Position numbers and translations under genes: made by a program
In this document: piece by piece, positions 1 to 13,812 of the stretch
How positions within the stretch are numbered: position 1 is the stretch's first letter
Layout: every line of letters begins with the position of its first letter
The notes under the pieces: model-generated
Database searches by the model: none
What the model was told of the DNA's origin: nothing
Seen by the model: only the letters and a program-made list of their open reading frames with translations
Source: Mobula hypostoma
Taxonomy: Eukaryota
DNA length: 64,000 bases
Direction: 5' to 3'
Assembly: GCF_963921235.1 (NCBI RefSeq)
Contig: NC_086100.1
Span: 204,106,001-204,170,000 of the forward strand

Positions 1-19
1 GCAGTGCAAACCGCCATAT

Positions 20-1025
20 TTGAGAATCCGTGCATTCCCAGTATCCATGGGCACCCCTAAATCTGCGCAATCCCCAAATCAGTGCTCTTAGAGTAGGAAT
101 CATTTCAAGTAGTTCAGAAAATGGGTGTCTCGCCACCGAAAATCTCCACGCACTCCAAAATTCGTTTGTATCACGAAATCGGACGACGCACGCGAATCTG
201 GATGTAACACCAAATGAGAGTGCGCACCCATATTCGCCAGCAAGCCGCCAAGGCTGCTCAAACCCCCAGATCGGTGCGCAGCCAGATGTTCGAGAACACA
301 CCGCTAAATCCGTACACATCCCGAAATTCATGTACACCATCGAAACCACTTACACTGGCCGTCACAGATTCAATGCTCTATCCCAAATACAGTGCGATCC
401 CCAAGCTCACATGCACATTGGATTATCGTAGAGCAAGTATCGTGTCAAACAGTTCGGAAAATGTCTATCTCGCATTAAAAAAAAAACGGAGGCCCAGTTC
501 GTGTGCAAATCTCGAGTAGCAACCTCCAACTTAAAAAAAAACACAGTTCGAACAGATTTGAAGAATGAAAGTGAATTTATTAATAAAGTCCCTATAAATT
601 AAACAAACTTGAAATTCGTCACAATCCGAAATCCACAGACACATAAGAGTATGCCAAAGAAAGAATAATTTCAAACATTTGACAAAATATCTGTCTTCAC
701 AAATTTAAAGTGCAGTTCAACGTCTAAGCTTAAAGTTCAAAGTTTGCAGTACAATTACTGTTAAAGATTCTATAAATGAAACAACTCTGAGATTCCTCAT
801 AATCCCAAATTGACAGAAACCCACAAATCCGTGTGCACCGATATGCACCGACACACTCCTAAAGCTGTGTACATCCCCAAATCCGCTCGCACCCCATGTT
901 CGTCGGCATGCGCAAGTCCGCACGGACCCCTAAATCCCTATACACATATATGTGCCATTACACTCCTCAATTCGTGCAAATACCAACAAATCTGTGTTCA
1001 AACCCAAATCCGCTGACACCCCACA
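20..1025. repeat. Highly degenerate ~18-bp minisatellite in two blocks (~20-420 and ~800-1025), consensus about CCCCCAAATCCGTGCACA, separated by AT-rich sequence
   Basis: Units such as cccacaaatccgtgtgca, tccccaaatccgctcgca, cccctaaatccctataca and aacccaaatccgctgaca recur at ~18-bp spacing. Confidence 0.55.
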
Positions 1026-1578
1026 TGAAAATTAGATTATGGCAAGCAAGAATAATTTTTAACGGTTTACCAAGCAGCCGGTTCATACTTAAATAATAGG
1101 AAGTAAAAAAAAATCAACTTTCAATGCGCATTAAATTATCCTTGAGGAAAAATATGTTCAAACAGTTCAGAAAGTAGTTGACTCCTTAAAGATATAGCTA
1201 GAACAATGTTCAAAACTGAAAGTGCATTTATCGCTAAAAAAAAAATGCTACGCCCAGGGAAAGAGTCACTGTGGGCCATCCAGTCAGGAGCCAAGGCTGA
1301 GAGAGCGCGGTTTTCTGGTGGACACCGGTGGAAGTCTTTGTCTTTGTTCGGCGGGAGATGAAGGGAGAAGAAATTGGAGAGAACCTTTCGTAAGTTTCGA
1401 ACGAGAGGCGACCCTGATTGGTTGGAACCAAGCTGCTGTAGTCAACTGTGGATCGAGGAATATGACTTTTGGAAGATTTGAGCTCCAACCTGTTCACATT
1501 TAACTGTTTACTTATAATGGGCCATCTTTTTTTTTTATTGTTTTCTCTGCTAACCATTTAGTTAAGTTACCATTCATT

Positions 1579-4365
1579 GAAAAAATAGAAAATAGGTGCG
1601 GGAGTAGGCCATTCGGCCCTTCGAGCCTGAACCGCCATTCAGTATGATCATGGCTGATCATCCAACTCAGAACCCTGTACCAGCCTTCCCTCCATAACCC
1701 CTGATCCCTTTAGCCACAAGGGCCATATCTAACTCCCTCTTAAATATAGCCAATGATCTGGCCTCAACTGTTTCCTGTGGCAGAGAATTCCACAGATTCA
1801 CCACTGTATGTGTGAAGAAGTTTTTCCTCATCTCGGTCCTAAAAGGCTTCCCCTTTATTCTCAAACTGTGAACCCTCGACCTGGACTTCCACAACATTGG
1901 GAACAATTTTCCTGCATCTAACCTGTCCAATCCCTTTAGGATTTTTTACATTTCATTAAGATCCTCCCGCAATCTTCTAAATTCCAACGAGCATAAGCCT
2001 AGTTGATCGTCTTTCATCATATGAAAGTCCTGCCATTCCAGGTATCAATCTGGTGAACCTTAGTTGTACTCCCTCTATGGCAAGGATGTTTTTCCTCAGA
2101 TTAGGGGACCAAAACTGCACACAATACTCCAGGTGTGGTCTCACCAAGGCCTTGTACAATTGCTGTAGTAACTCCCTGCTCCTGTACTCGTATCCTCTTG
2201 CTATGAATGCCAGCATGCCATTTGCCTTTTTCACCGCCTGCTGTACCTGCATGCCCACTTTCAATGACTGGTGTATAATGACACCCAAGTCTCGTTGCAC
2301 CTCCCTTTTCCCTAATCGACCACCATTCAGATAATAATCTGTTTTCCTGTGCTTGCCATTAAAGTGGATAACCTCACATTTATCCACATTAAATTGCATC
2401 TGCCATGAATTTGCCCACCCACCTAACCTATTCAAGTCACCCTGTTTCCTCTTAGCATCCTCCTCACAGCTAACACTGCTGCTCAACTTCGTGTCATCCG
2501 CAAACTTGGAGAAGCTGCATTTAATTTCCTCATCTAAGTCATTAATATATGTTGTAAACAACTGGGGTCCCAGCACAGAGCCTTGCGGTACCCCATTAGT
2601 CACTGCCTGCCATTCTGAAAAGGTCCCGTTTATTCCCACTCTTTGCTTCCTGTCTGCCAACCAATTCTCTGTCCACATCAATACCATAACGCCAATACCG
2701 TGTGCTTTAAGTTTGCAGACTAACCTCCTGTGTGGGACCCACATCCACTGATTCTCCCCTATCCACTGTAATAGTTACATCCTCAAAAATTTCTATGAGA
2801 TTCGTCAGACATGATTTTCCTTTCACAAATCCATGCTGACTTTGTCCTATGATTTCACCACTTTCCAAATGTGCTGCTATCACGTCTTTGATAACTTACT
2901 CCAGCACTTTCTCCAACAACAATATTAGACTTACAGGTCTATAATTCCCCGGTTTCTCTCTCCCTCCTTTTTTAAAGAGCCGGGTTACATTAACCACCCT
3001 CCAATCCTCAGGAACTAATCCAGAATCTAAACAGTTTAGAAAAATTATCACTAATGCATCCACTATTTATTGGGCCACTTCCTTAAGCACTCTGGAATGC
3101 AGACCATCTGGCCCTGGGGATTTATCTGTCTTTAATCCCCTCAATTTACCTAACACCACTTCCCTACTAACATGTGTTTCCCTCAGTCCCTCCGTCTCAT
3201 TAGACCCTCGGTCCCCTACTATTTCCGGAAGATTATTTATGTCCTGATTAGTGAAGATAGAACCAAAGAAGTTATTCAATTGGTATGTCATGTCCTTGTT
3301 CCCATGGTGAATTCATCTGTTTCTGACTGTAAAGGACCTAAATTTGTCTTAACCAATCTTTTTATTTTCAGATACCTATAAATGCTTTTACAGTCGGCTT
3401 TTATGATCCCTGCCAGTTTTCTCTCATAATCCTTTTTTTCCTTCCTAATTAAACCCTTTGTCCTCCTCTGCTGAACTCTGAATTTCTCCCAGTCCTCATG
3501 TGTGCCGCTTTTTCTGGCTAATTTGTATGTATCTTCTTTGGAATTAATACTATGCCTAATTTCCATCCTCAGCCACGGGTGCACTACCTTCCCTGGTATA
3601 TTCTTTTACCATACTGGGATGAACAATTGTTGTAGTTCATCCCTGCGATCTTTAAATGTTTGCCATTGCTATCCACCGTCAACCCTTTAAGTATCATTTG
3701 CCAGTCTATCTTAGCTAATTAACATGTCATACCTTCAAAGTTACCCTTCTTTAAGTTCAGAACCTTTGTTTCTGAATTAACTATGTCAGTCTCCAACATA
3801 ATGAAGAATTCCACCATATTATGGTCACTTTTACCCATGGGGCCTCTCACGACAAGATTGCTAACTAAGCCTGCTTCATTGCTCAATATCCAGTCTAGAA
3901 TGGCCTGCTCTCTAGTTGGTTCCTCGTCATGTTGGCTCAGAAAACCATCCCGCATACATTCCAATAAATCCTCTTCCTCAGCACCCTTATCAATTTGGTA
4001 CACCCAACCTATATGTAGATTGAAGTCACCCATTATAATTGTTGTTCCTTTATTGCACGCATTTCTAATTTCCTGTTTAATACCATCCTCAACCTCACTA
4101 CTACTCTTAGGTGGCCTGTACACAACTCCAACCAGCGCTGTCTGCCCCTTAGTGTTATGCAGCTCTACCCATATCGATTCCACATCCTTCCGGCTAATCT
4201 CCTCCGTTTCTTTGCGTTAATCTCCTCTCTAACCAGAAATGCCACCCGCCTACTTTTCTATCATGTCTATCCCTCCTGAATATTGAATATCCCTGAATGT
4301 TGAGCTCCCAGCCTTGGTCACCCTGGAGCCATGTCTCTGTGATCCCAACGATATCATATTCATAT
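1579..4365 (-). mobile_element. CR1 LINE family A, 5'-truncated, decayed ORF2 (APE endonuclease + RT)
   Basis: ORFs with [26 protein letters not shown] and LVRPHLEYCVQFWSP; family A 3' UTR at the left end. Confidence 0.93.
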
Positions 4366-5728
4366 GGCAGCAAATCACACAGCATTCAAACATACAGGGG
4401 CTTGGGTGGGAGAAACATTCCAATGTCACGGATTTAGCGGGTCCAGTCTGTGTAGTCATCCCTGTCGAATATCCTGGCGGGAAGGTTCAATAGAGCTGTT
4501 AAGGAGGCGTTAAACTAATTTGGCAGGGGATGGGAACCGGAATGTTAGAGCGGAGGAAGCGGAAAAAATAAATAAATCTAAGATAGTGAGCAGTAAAGTT
4601 GTCAGGAAAGACAGGCTTGTGATGGGGCAAATTTTCAGCCATTGGGATGAGTTTCAGTGCGAAAAAGTTGCAGTGCAATCAAAGCGAAAATTACCAAATA
4701 CTGGTCTTAAGGTATTATACTTAAATGCACGCAGCATAAGGAATAAGGTGGATGATCTTGTCGTACAGCTACAGATTGGCAGGTATAATATTGTGGCCAT
4801 CACTGAGACGTAGCTAAAGGATCCATGTCTCTGGGAGCTGAACGTCCAAGGATACACGTTGTATCGGAAGGATTGGAAGGTAGGCAGAGGGGGAGGCGTG
4901 GCTTTATTGGTAAGAAATTATATTAAGTCATTAAAAAGAGGTGATATAGGATCGGAAGGTGCAGAATCTTTACGGGTTGAGCTAAGAAATCGCAGGGGTA
5001 AAAGGACCCTGATGGCAGTTATTTATAGGCCTCCCAACAGCTGCAGTGATGTGGACTACAAATTACAACAGGAAATAGAAAAGGCTTGTCAGAAGGGCAG
5101 TGTTATGATAATTGTGGGGGATTTTAACATGCGAGAGGATTGGGATAATCAGGTGGGCACTGGATCTCAAGAGAGAGAATTTGCACAATCTCTGCGAGAT
5201 GGCTTTTTAGAACATTTGTTGTTCAGCCCATAGGGGATCTGCTGTACTGGAGTGGGTATTGTGTAATGAATCAGAGGTGATTAGAGTGATTGAGGTGAAG
5301 GAACCTTTAGGAGGAAGTGATCATAACATGATTGAGTTCACTGTGAAATTTGAAAAAGAGAAGCCGAAATCTGATATGTCGGTATTTCAGTGGAGTAAAG
5401 GAAACTACAGTTGCATGAGAGAGGAACTGTCCAAAGTTGACTGGAAAAGGGACACTGGCGGGAAAGACGGCAGAGCAGCAGTGGCTGGAGTTTATGCGAG
5501 AAGTGAGGAAGGTGCAAGACAGGTATATTCCAAAAAAGAAGAATTTTTTTTAATGGAAAACGGATGAAACCGTGGCAGACAAGAGAAGACAAAGCCAAAG
5601 TTAAAGCAAAGGAGAGGGCACGCAAGCAAGCAAAAATTAGTGGAAAGACAGAGGATTGGGAAGTTTTTAAAAACTTACAAAAGGAAATTAGGAAGGTCAT
5701 TAAGAGGGAAAAGATTAACTATAAAAAG

Positions 5729-7113
5729 TTTTACGTAACCCGCAACAATGAATATCAATCTACGAGACTGTGGTGGCCAGTGCTATTATGTTTGCTGTTG
5801 TGTGCTGGAGCAGCAAGCTGAGGGTAGCAGACATCAACAGAATCAACAAACTCATTCGTAAGGCCAGTGATGTTGTGGGGATGGAGCTGGACTCTCTCAC
5901 AGTGGTGTCTGAAAAGAGGATGCTGTCCAAGTTGCATGCCATCTTGGACAATGTCTCCCATCCACTACATAATGTACTAGTTGGGCACAGGAGTACATTC
6001 AGCCAGAGACTCATTCCACCGAGATGCAGCACTGAGCGTCATAGGAAGTCATTCCTGCCTGTGGCCATCAAAATTTATAACTCCTCCCTTGGAGGGTCAG
6101 ACACCCTGAGGCAATAGGCTGGTCCTGGACTTATTTCATAATTTACTGGCATAATTTACATACTACTATTTAACTACTTATGGTTCTATTACTATTTATT
6201 ATTTATGGAGCAACTGTAACGAAAACGAATTTCCCCCGGGATTAATAAAGTATGACTATGACTATGACTATGACTATGGTTAGGTTATATAAAAACAACC
6301 AAACATTTATTAAACACGGATAAACAATAAAAAACAAACGAAAACCTTAACCGGAAGTTAACCGCTATGCAGCCGTTCAACAAATCATCACTTGGTAATG
6401 TTCCTTAAAGCGATAAATGCGAAAACAGTTCTTAAAGTGTAAAGTCAAACACAGCTCTTAAATGCTAAATTCGAAAGTCCAACAGATTTATACATTCAGT
6501 TGGGAGAGACTTCTCTGGAGAAGGATTTCTTCATAGACGCGACCTTCCTGTTGGTTCTGTCCAAAGGATTCAAGATGAAGGAAATAAACTGCTTAAAGCA
6601 ACTGACCTTAATTTCTGGAGAGCAAATCCTGCATGAACTACCGACACCTTCGGCAGGAGTTATCCTTGATGCAGGTCGCTACTTCTTCAACGAAAACTCA
6701 ATAAGGTCGAACCTTTATTAAACTGCCGAACATTCCCGACTTCTCTTAATCATTCATATTCTGTACTTCGATGAAGTCTTCACAATCCAACACTGCTGAG
6801 CAAAGGTACATCAACAAGTCTAGCAGAATTTGCCAGTCCAGCATTATAATACCTTGCAGCAGAAGGTACAATCCGTTTTAAAAGTGAAACTGCGTCATAA
6901 AATAAATACGCAACAGAAACGGAGACACAGACTAACGTTCTAGGTGGACAACTAAAAAATAACTGCGTCACCTGATGTCCTCCCTTTTATATCGGCGGTG
7001 AACGTGTCATCACGTGACCTCACATCGGTGGGAAAGTTACATCAGGTGACCTCCAAAAGACCATTACGTCATTCTCACAAGAAAGTCACAAGATCTCCTT
7101 GAGGTATGTAACA
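5729..7113 (-). mobile_element. Solo LTR (Gypsy-like), itself interrupted by Rex1
   Basis: Termini ttttacg...tgtaaca (decayed TGTTAC...GTAACA); 4-bp flanks aaag/aagg; CR1 sequence resumes across it; homologous in inverted orientation to 26654-27505. Confidence 0.75.
5759..6278 (+). mobile_element. Rex1/Babar LINE 3' fragment
   Basis: C-terminal ORF ...HPLH...RHRKSFLPVAIKIYN, AATAAA, (CTATGA)n tail; same family as 18410-19379 and 35201-36615. Confidence 0.88.
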
Positions 7114-8216
7114 AAGGAAGCTCACAAAAATATCAAAGAGGATACCAAAAGCTTTTTCAAGTATATAAATAGTAGAAGACAGGTGAGAGTAGATATAGGA
7201 CCGATAGAAAGTGATGCTGGAGAAATTATAATGGGCGATAAGGAGATGACGGAGGAATTGAACGAGTATTTTGCATCAGTCTTCACTGAGGAAGACATCT
7301 GCAGTATACCGGACTATCAAGGGTGGCAGGGAAGAGAAGTGTGCGCAGTCACAATTACGACAGAGAAAGTACTCAGGAAGCTGAATAGTCTAAGGGTAGA
7401 TAAATCTCCCGGACCAGATGGAATGCACCCTCGTGTTCTGAAGGAAGTAGCTGTTGAGCTTGTGGAGGCGTTAGCAATGAACTTTCAAAAGTCGATAGAT
7501 TCTGGCATGGTTCCGGAGGACTGGAAGATTGCAAATGTCACTCCGCTATTTAAGAAAGGAGCACGGAAGCAAAAAGGAAATTATAGACCTGCTAGCTTGA
7601 CATCGGTGGTTGGGAAGTTGTTCAAGTCGATTGTCAAGGATGAAGTTACAGAGTACCTGGAGGCATATGACAAGATAGGCAGAACTCAGCATGGATTGCT
7701 TAAAGGAAAATCCTGCCTGATAAACCTATTACAATTTTTGAGGAAATTGCAAGTTGGCTAGGCAAGTGACATGCAGTGGATGTTGTATATTTGGATTTTC
7801 AGAAGGTCATTGACAAGGTGCCACACATGAGGCTACGTAACAAGATAAGAGCCCAGCGGAATTACGGGAAAATTACATACGTGGATCGAGCGTTGGCTGA
7901 TTGGCAGGAAACAGAGAGTGGAAATAAAGGGATCCTATTCTGGTTGGCTGCCAGTTACCAGTGGGGTTCCACAGGGGTCCGTGTTGGGGCCGCTTCTTTT
8001 TACGTTGTACATCAACGATTTGAATTATGAAATAGATGGCTTTGCGGCTAAGTTTGCTGATGATACGAAGCTAGGTGGAGGGGCGGGTAGCGCTGAGGAA
8101 ACAGAGAGTCTGCAAAGAGACTTGGATAGATTGGAAGAATGGGCAAGAAGTGGCAAATGAAGTACAATGTTGGACAGTGTATGGTTATGCACTTTGACAG
8201 AAGAAATAAACGGGCA

Positions 8217-8587
8217 ACATACATCAAAGTTGCTGGTGAACGCAGCAGGCCAAGCAGCATCTAGAGGAAGAGGTGCAGTCGACGTTTCAGGCCGAGACCC
8301 TTCGTCAGGACTAACTGAAGGAAGAGTGAGTAAGGGATTTGAAAGCTGGAGGGGGAGGGGGAGATGCAAAATGATAGGAGAAGACAGGAGGGGGAGGGAT
8401 AGAGCCGAGAACTGGACAGGTGATAGGCAAAAGGGGATACGAGAGGATCATGGGACAGGCGGTCCGGGAAGAAAGACAAGGGGGGGGGGTGACCCAGAGG
8501 ATGGGCAAGAGGTATATTCAGAGGGACAGAGGGAGAAAAAGGAGAGTGAGAGAAAGAATGTGTGCATAAAATGAGTAACAGATGGGG
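8217..8587 (-). mobile_element. Penelope-like element 3' terminal fragment with 10-bp TSD
   Basis: TAAACGGGCA duplicated at 8207-8216 and 8588-8597; contains a hammerhead motif; terminus shared with 19595-19691. Confidence 0.8.
8277..8312 (-). ncRNA. Minimal type I hammerhead ribozyme (Penelope-associated)
   Basis: Minus strand reads AGUC-CUGACGA-A-GGG UCUCGG CCU-GAAA-CGUC-GACU: helix I AGUC/GACU, core boxes CUGANGA and GAAA, short helix II, palindromic ACGU in place of helix III. Confidence 0.75.
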
Positions 8588-9362
8588 TAAACGGGCAGAC
8601 TGTTTTTTAAATGGAGAGATAATTCAAAGTTCTGAGATGCATCGGAACTTGGGAGTCCTTATACAGGATACCCTTAAGGTTAATCTCCAGGTTGAATCGG
8701 TAGTGAAGAAGGCGAATGAAATGTTGGTATTCATTTCTAGAGAAATAGAGTATAGGAGCAGGGATGTGATGTTGAGGCTTTTTACGGCGCTGGTGAGACC
8801 TCACTTGGAGTACTGTGGGCAGTTTAGTTTTCCTTATTTAAGAAAGGATGTGCTCACGTTGGAGTGAGTACAGAGAAGATTCACTAGAATGATTACGGGA
8901 ATGAGAGTGATAACATATGAGGAACGTTTGTCCGCTCTTGGACTGTATTCCTTGGAGTTTAGAAGAATGCGGGGAGACCTCTTAGAAATATTTCCAATGT
9001 TGAGACGCATGGACAGAGTGGATGTGGCTAAGTTGTTTCCCATGATGCGGGAGTCCAGTACGAGAGGGCATGATTTAAGGATTGAAGGGCGCCCACTCAG
9101 AACAGAAATGCGAAGAGATTTTTTTAGCCAGGGGCGGTGAATCTGTGGAATTTGTTGCTACGGGCGGCATTGTAGGCCAAGCCATTGGGTCTATTTAAGG
9201 CAGAGATTGATAGGTATCTGATTAGCCAGGGCATCAAAGGTTATGGTGAGAAGTTGGGGGAGTGGGACTAAATGGGAGAATAGATCAGCTCATGATAAAA
9301 TGGCAGAGCAGACTCCATGGGCCGAATGGCCGACTTCTGTTCCTTTGTCTTATGGCCTTATG

Positions 9363-12300
9363 GACAGACATATTCTACTAAGGGGGAATATAGATGGAAA
9401 TGATATTACTTTCTTTCAGAAAATTACTGATATTGTGGTAACGGAAACAAAAGGTCTCTAGATATGTCGGGGAGACTTTAATTTACCATTACAACCAAAG
9501 TTAGACTCTTCCAATAGAAACACTTATGAAACAAAGTCCTTACATAAGAAAGATAACACCGTTTATGAAGATGTTGGTCTAATTGATATATGGATGGACC
9601 TTTTCCCCGACAAGAAGGGATTACACTCATTATTCTGCCCCTCATTCCGTATATACAATAATAGCCTATTTCATAACATTAAAAAAAGACAAAGACAAAA
9701 TAATAACCTGTCGAACTGGGACAATCGATGTAAGTGACCACACACCTATATATATATCTGTTGATTTTGACCTACAACCAAGGAATACTATTTGTAAACT
9801 AAATTCAAGTCGACTCAATGATCACTATTTTAAGGAAGAAATTAAAATAGAAATTAGTCTTTACTTAGAATTCAATGACAATGAGAGGTTTCACCTCCCA
9901 TTCTATGGGATACGCTGAAGGCTGTCTTAAGAGGGAAAATTATAACGATATCTCCATATAAGAAAAAAAAGAATAGAACATTAGAGGAATTACAAAATGA
10001 GCTGAAGGAACTAGAAAAACACAAATTGAGTTTGGCACAGGATACACTAGAGAAAGTTTTTAAAAAATGAATGAAATTAATAGTTTGGCTACACAAGAAA
10101 TTAGAAAAAAAGTAATGTTTCTGAAACAGAGACACGATGAAACTGAATCTAAATCTATGAAACCACTGGCGTGGAAACTGAAAAAAAGATAGCAGAAAAT
10201 GCAATTCACAGAATAAGGGATCCAAGAACAAAAGTGATAAAAAAAAAAAGCTAAGTGAAATTCAGGAAGCTTTTGAAATGTTTTACAAATCTCTATTTCC
10301 AAAGTTCCAGGGGGAATACTAACCCAAATTGACACCTTCCAGAATTCTTTAGAGTTACCCTCTTTAACCAAAGAACAAAATAGAACGATGACTGCTGACA
10401 TAACTGAAGCTGAACTAAAAACTGCAATTAGTAGACTTAAATTAAGCAAGTAACCATGATCACGGCAAGGATAAAATGGAATGTGGGTCATTTAAACCAA
10501 TATCTGTTCTTAATGTGGATTATAGAATATCTATTTCCATAATGGCCAAACGATTAGAAGAGTTTCTACTCACACTGATACATAATGATCAGACAGGTTT
10601 TATACAACAACGCCAAACAGAAAACAATATACGAAGGACACTTCAAATTATGGATCATATTTTTAAAAAAATGAAATTGAAGCAATAGTGATGAGCGTGG
10701 AAGCTGAAAAAGCATTTGATTCGGTTAACTGAAATTTTCTTTACAGAGTTTTACCTAGATTTGGTCTATGTGACACAATTATTAAAACTATACAGGCACT
10801 ATACGACAATCCTACTGCCATGATATTTATCTCATAGTTTTAGCCTAGAAAGGGCCATGAAACAGGGTTGTGCATGGTCATCACCACTCTTCATATTATA
10901 TCTGGAACCATTAGCTCAATACATCAGACAAAATGAAGATATCAGGGGAATTACTATTAAAGGGACAGAGCATAAATTGGCCTGTTATGCGGATGACATT
11001 TTAATCTATCTATGGCAACTAACATACTCTTTACCTAAATTGATGCAGTCCTTTGAACAATATGGCTAATTATCAGGATACAAGATCAACATAGATAAAA
11101 TCCAACTACATTCAAATATCTATAGCTCACCAAGAGAAATTGAAAGTAGGTATCCTTGGGTATGGCAAAGAGAGTCCGCCAAATATTTGGGCATCAGTAC
11201 ACCAAAAGATTTGGCAAAATTATCAGAATGCAATTATCAGCCTACATATTAAAAAATAAGAAAGATATAACAAGATGGAAACTAATTTATTTTCTTGGTC
11301 TCAGTTCAAGGATTGAATCTATTAAAATGAATATACTGCCCAGACTATTATATCTCTTTCAGAGCCTACCAATAGAGATTATCCAAAAACAATTCAATGA
11401 ATGGAACAAGATTCCATCAATAGAAACATAGAAATGCATAAAATAGGTGCAGGAGTAGGCCATTCGGCCCTTCGAGCCTGCACCACCATTCAGTATGATC
11501 ATGGCTGAACATCCAACTCAGAACCCTGTACCTGCCTTCTCTCCATACCCCCTGATCCCTTTAGCCACAAGGGCCATATCTAACTCCCTCTTAATTATAG
11601 CCAATGAACTGGCCTCAACTGTTTCCCCTGGCAGAGAATTCCACAGATTCACCACTCTTTGTGTGAAGAAGTTTTTCCTCATCTCGGTCCTAAAAGGCTT
11701 CCCCTTTATCCTTAAACTGTGACCCCTTGTTCTGGACTTCCCCAACACCAAGAATAATCTTTCTTCATCTAGCCTGTCCAATGCCTTTAGGATTTTATAC
11801 GTTTCAATAAGATCCCCCCCCCCCAATCTTCTAAATTCCAGCGAGTATAAGTCTAGTCTATCCAGTCTTTCATCATATGAAAGTCCTGCCATCTCAGGAA
11901 ACAATGTGGTGAACCTTTTTTGTACTCCCTCTATGAAAATAATGTCTTTCGACCAAGAAGGGGACCAAAACTGTACACAATACTCCAGGTGTGGTCTCAC
12001 CAAGGCCTGGTACAAATGCAGTAGGACCTCCCTGCTCCTGTACTCCTGTACTTGATATATATCAAGATATATATGGCAAGGTAAAAGGCCTAGGGTTAGT
12101 CTCAAAACTTTGCAATTAACCAAGGAAAAGGGGGGATGGGGCCTACCTTCTCTTGGAGATTATTATTTTGCAACACAGTTGAGAGTCGTGATGAGCTGGT
12201 GCAACCCATCAAATGACGCTCAATGGAAAGACATTGAGGAGGGGATACTTTCCATTCCCATACAGGAAATTTTGGCTGATAATAACCTACAAAGTTACAT

Positions 12301-13493
12301 AAATAATATTGACAACCTGTGGGTGAAATGGACTCTTAAACTATGGAAAACTATTATAAAAGGAATATGAACTAGAGAGACAACGCAATTCTTAAATGGT
12401 GTGCATATGACTCGGATTTTACGTCGAATAAACTGGATGCTAGATTTAAGGACTGGACAGCTAAATGATTAACAGCTATTTGCAATATAATGAAACAAGG
12501 AACACTGTTCAGTTTTCAATGCTCAAAGAAAAACACTTGTTAGAAACACATGTCTTTTACCGCTATTTTAGATGCGACAGTATGTTAATAGGACGGTTAA
12601 AAAGGTAACCAAGGCAAGTACATGTCTGATAGAGCTGTTTACAAAAGCATATAATTCAGATAACGTAGTAGAATAATTTCGAGCGTGTATATGGGTTTGT
12701 GAAATCTTAAAACCCATTCGAATTCATACATTAAAACAAAATGGGAGAAGGAAGGAGAGATAATAATATCCGAGAAAGACTGGACAATTATATGGAGGTA
12801 TCAATGAAAGTGTACCAGTTCAGAGAAATGGAGGGAGTTCGGATGGGAAATACTTGATAAGATATTTTATTACACGCTTCAGAAATCCCATTATAAAAGT
12901 AACTCCCTTGCTTGCTGGACTATTGAAGTGGGATACATAATGCCCTACAAGGCACCTTTGAATGTAAAAAACCCTTACAGAGTAAGACCATATATTTTGG
13001 GTATATACCTCAAAAATGGTTGAAAAGAGATAAATATTTAATGAATGTATTGATGGTGGCTGGTAAAAAGACCCTTACCATGAAATAGTTATTTCAGGAA
13101 GGCCCAACTTTAAATGTATGGATGGAAAATAAATGGAAATTTACCAAATGGAGAAGATAACAACATCTGTTAATCGTAGATTGGAACAATTTCTTCATAC
13201 TGGAAAAAAGAAAAATGGTTCAACTACAAAATACCTCATAGGCCTGATTTTATTCTCACAAGTCAATGAATATATTGTAAAAAAAATAAATCATTCCCTA
13301 CTTTGTACATAGTTCTCTTCTTTCGATTGTTCTTTCTTTCCTCTCCTTTCTACAAGTGTATACCTCAGACAAATATTATGTGGAGATTTGTGACAAATAT
13401 GATTACATGATATGTATGTACAGTCTCTGAAATACATCTTATGGAATTGTTTGTTTGATGATGAAATTCAATAAAAAATAAATTACAAAAAAA
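9363..13493 (+). mobile_element. L1 LINE, decayed ORF2 and 3' UTR with A-rich tail, interrupted by CR1 at 11421-12050
   Basis: GDFN, SDHTP, FKPISVLNVD, QGC..SP, YADDILIY, MNILPRLLYLFQ and KGGWGLP motifs; aataaaaaataaattacaaaaaaa at 13470-13493. Confidence 0.9.
11421..12050 (-). mobile_element. CR1 family A 3' fragment inserted in L1
   Basis: LVRPHLEYCVQFWSP...RKNFFTQRVVNLWNSLP; tagaaacatagaa tail; atcaa repeated at both junctions. Confidence 0.9.
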
Positions 13494-13812
13494 TGTGTCA
13501 CCGTTGATTAGATGCAATTGTGCTGGCAAGGGGAAAGCAACTTGTGTTTCCTGATTTCATTACTGGACGTTCATCGTCACGCAAACTTGCCATATTACTC
13601 TGCCCCACGCCTTCATTAACTAAGAAAACCACTTACCTGTACTGGGATCTTCCTCGTCCTTGCACAAATTTTAATATTTATGTGTGTAACTATGCTAATC
13701 TGGAGGGTTTATTACGTATTGTCGTTGTCTAGACAAGGGTTTTAGGGTGAGTAGACCAGGTTTAGTGGCGGTGTGTGGCCCAGCGTTTCTGTGGCTGTGA
13801 AGGCCAGGTTTA

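Larger units (their letters stand above)
4460..9362 (+). mobile_element. CR1 LINE family B, end of ORF1 plus decayed ORF2, interrupted by a solo LTR (5729-7113) and a Penelope fragment (8217-8587)
   Basis: [39 protein letters not shown] and FADDTKL motifs in order; ttatggccttatgg tail at the 3' end. Confidence 0.9.

Noticed and set aside
1255..1578. Possible LTR-like fragment
   Set aside because: No defined termini, TSD or second copy in the window to support it
2053..2751. Recurrent ORFs such as MNLLCTPSMA... and MPPKWITSHL... seen in several places
   Set aside because: Antisense shadows of CR1 ORF2, repeated only because the LINE is repeated
13631..13640. Perfect minus-strand donor CAG|GTAAGT (another on the + strand near 53893)
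   Set aside because: Isolated sites with no supporting acceptor or reading frame
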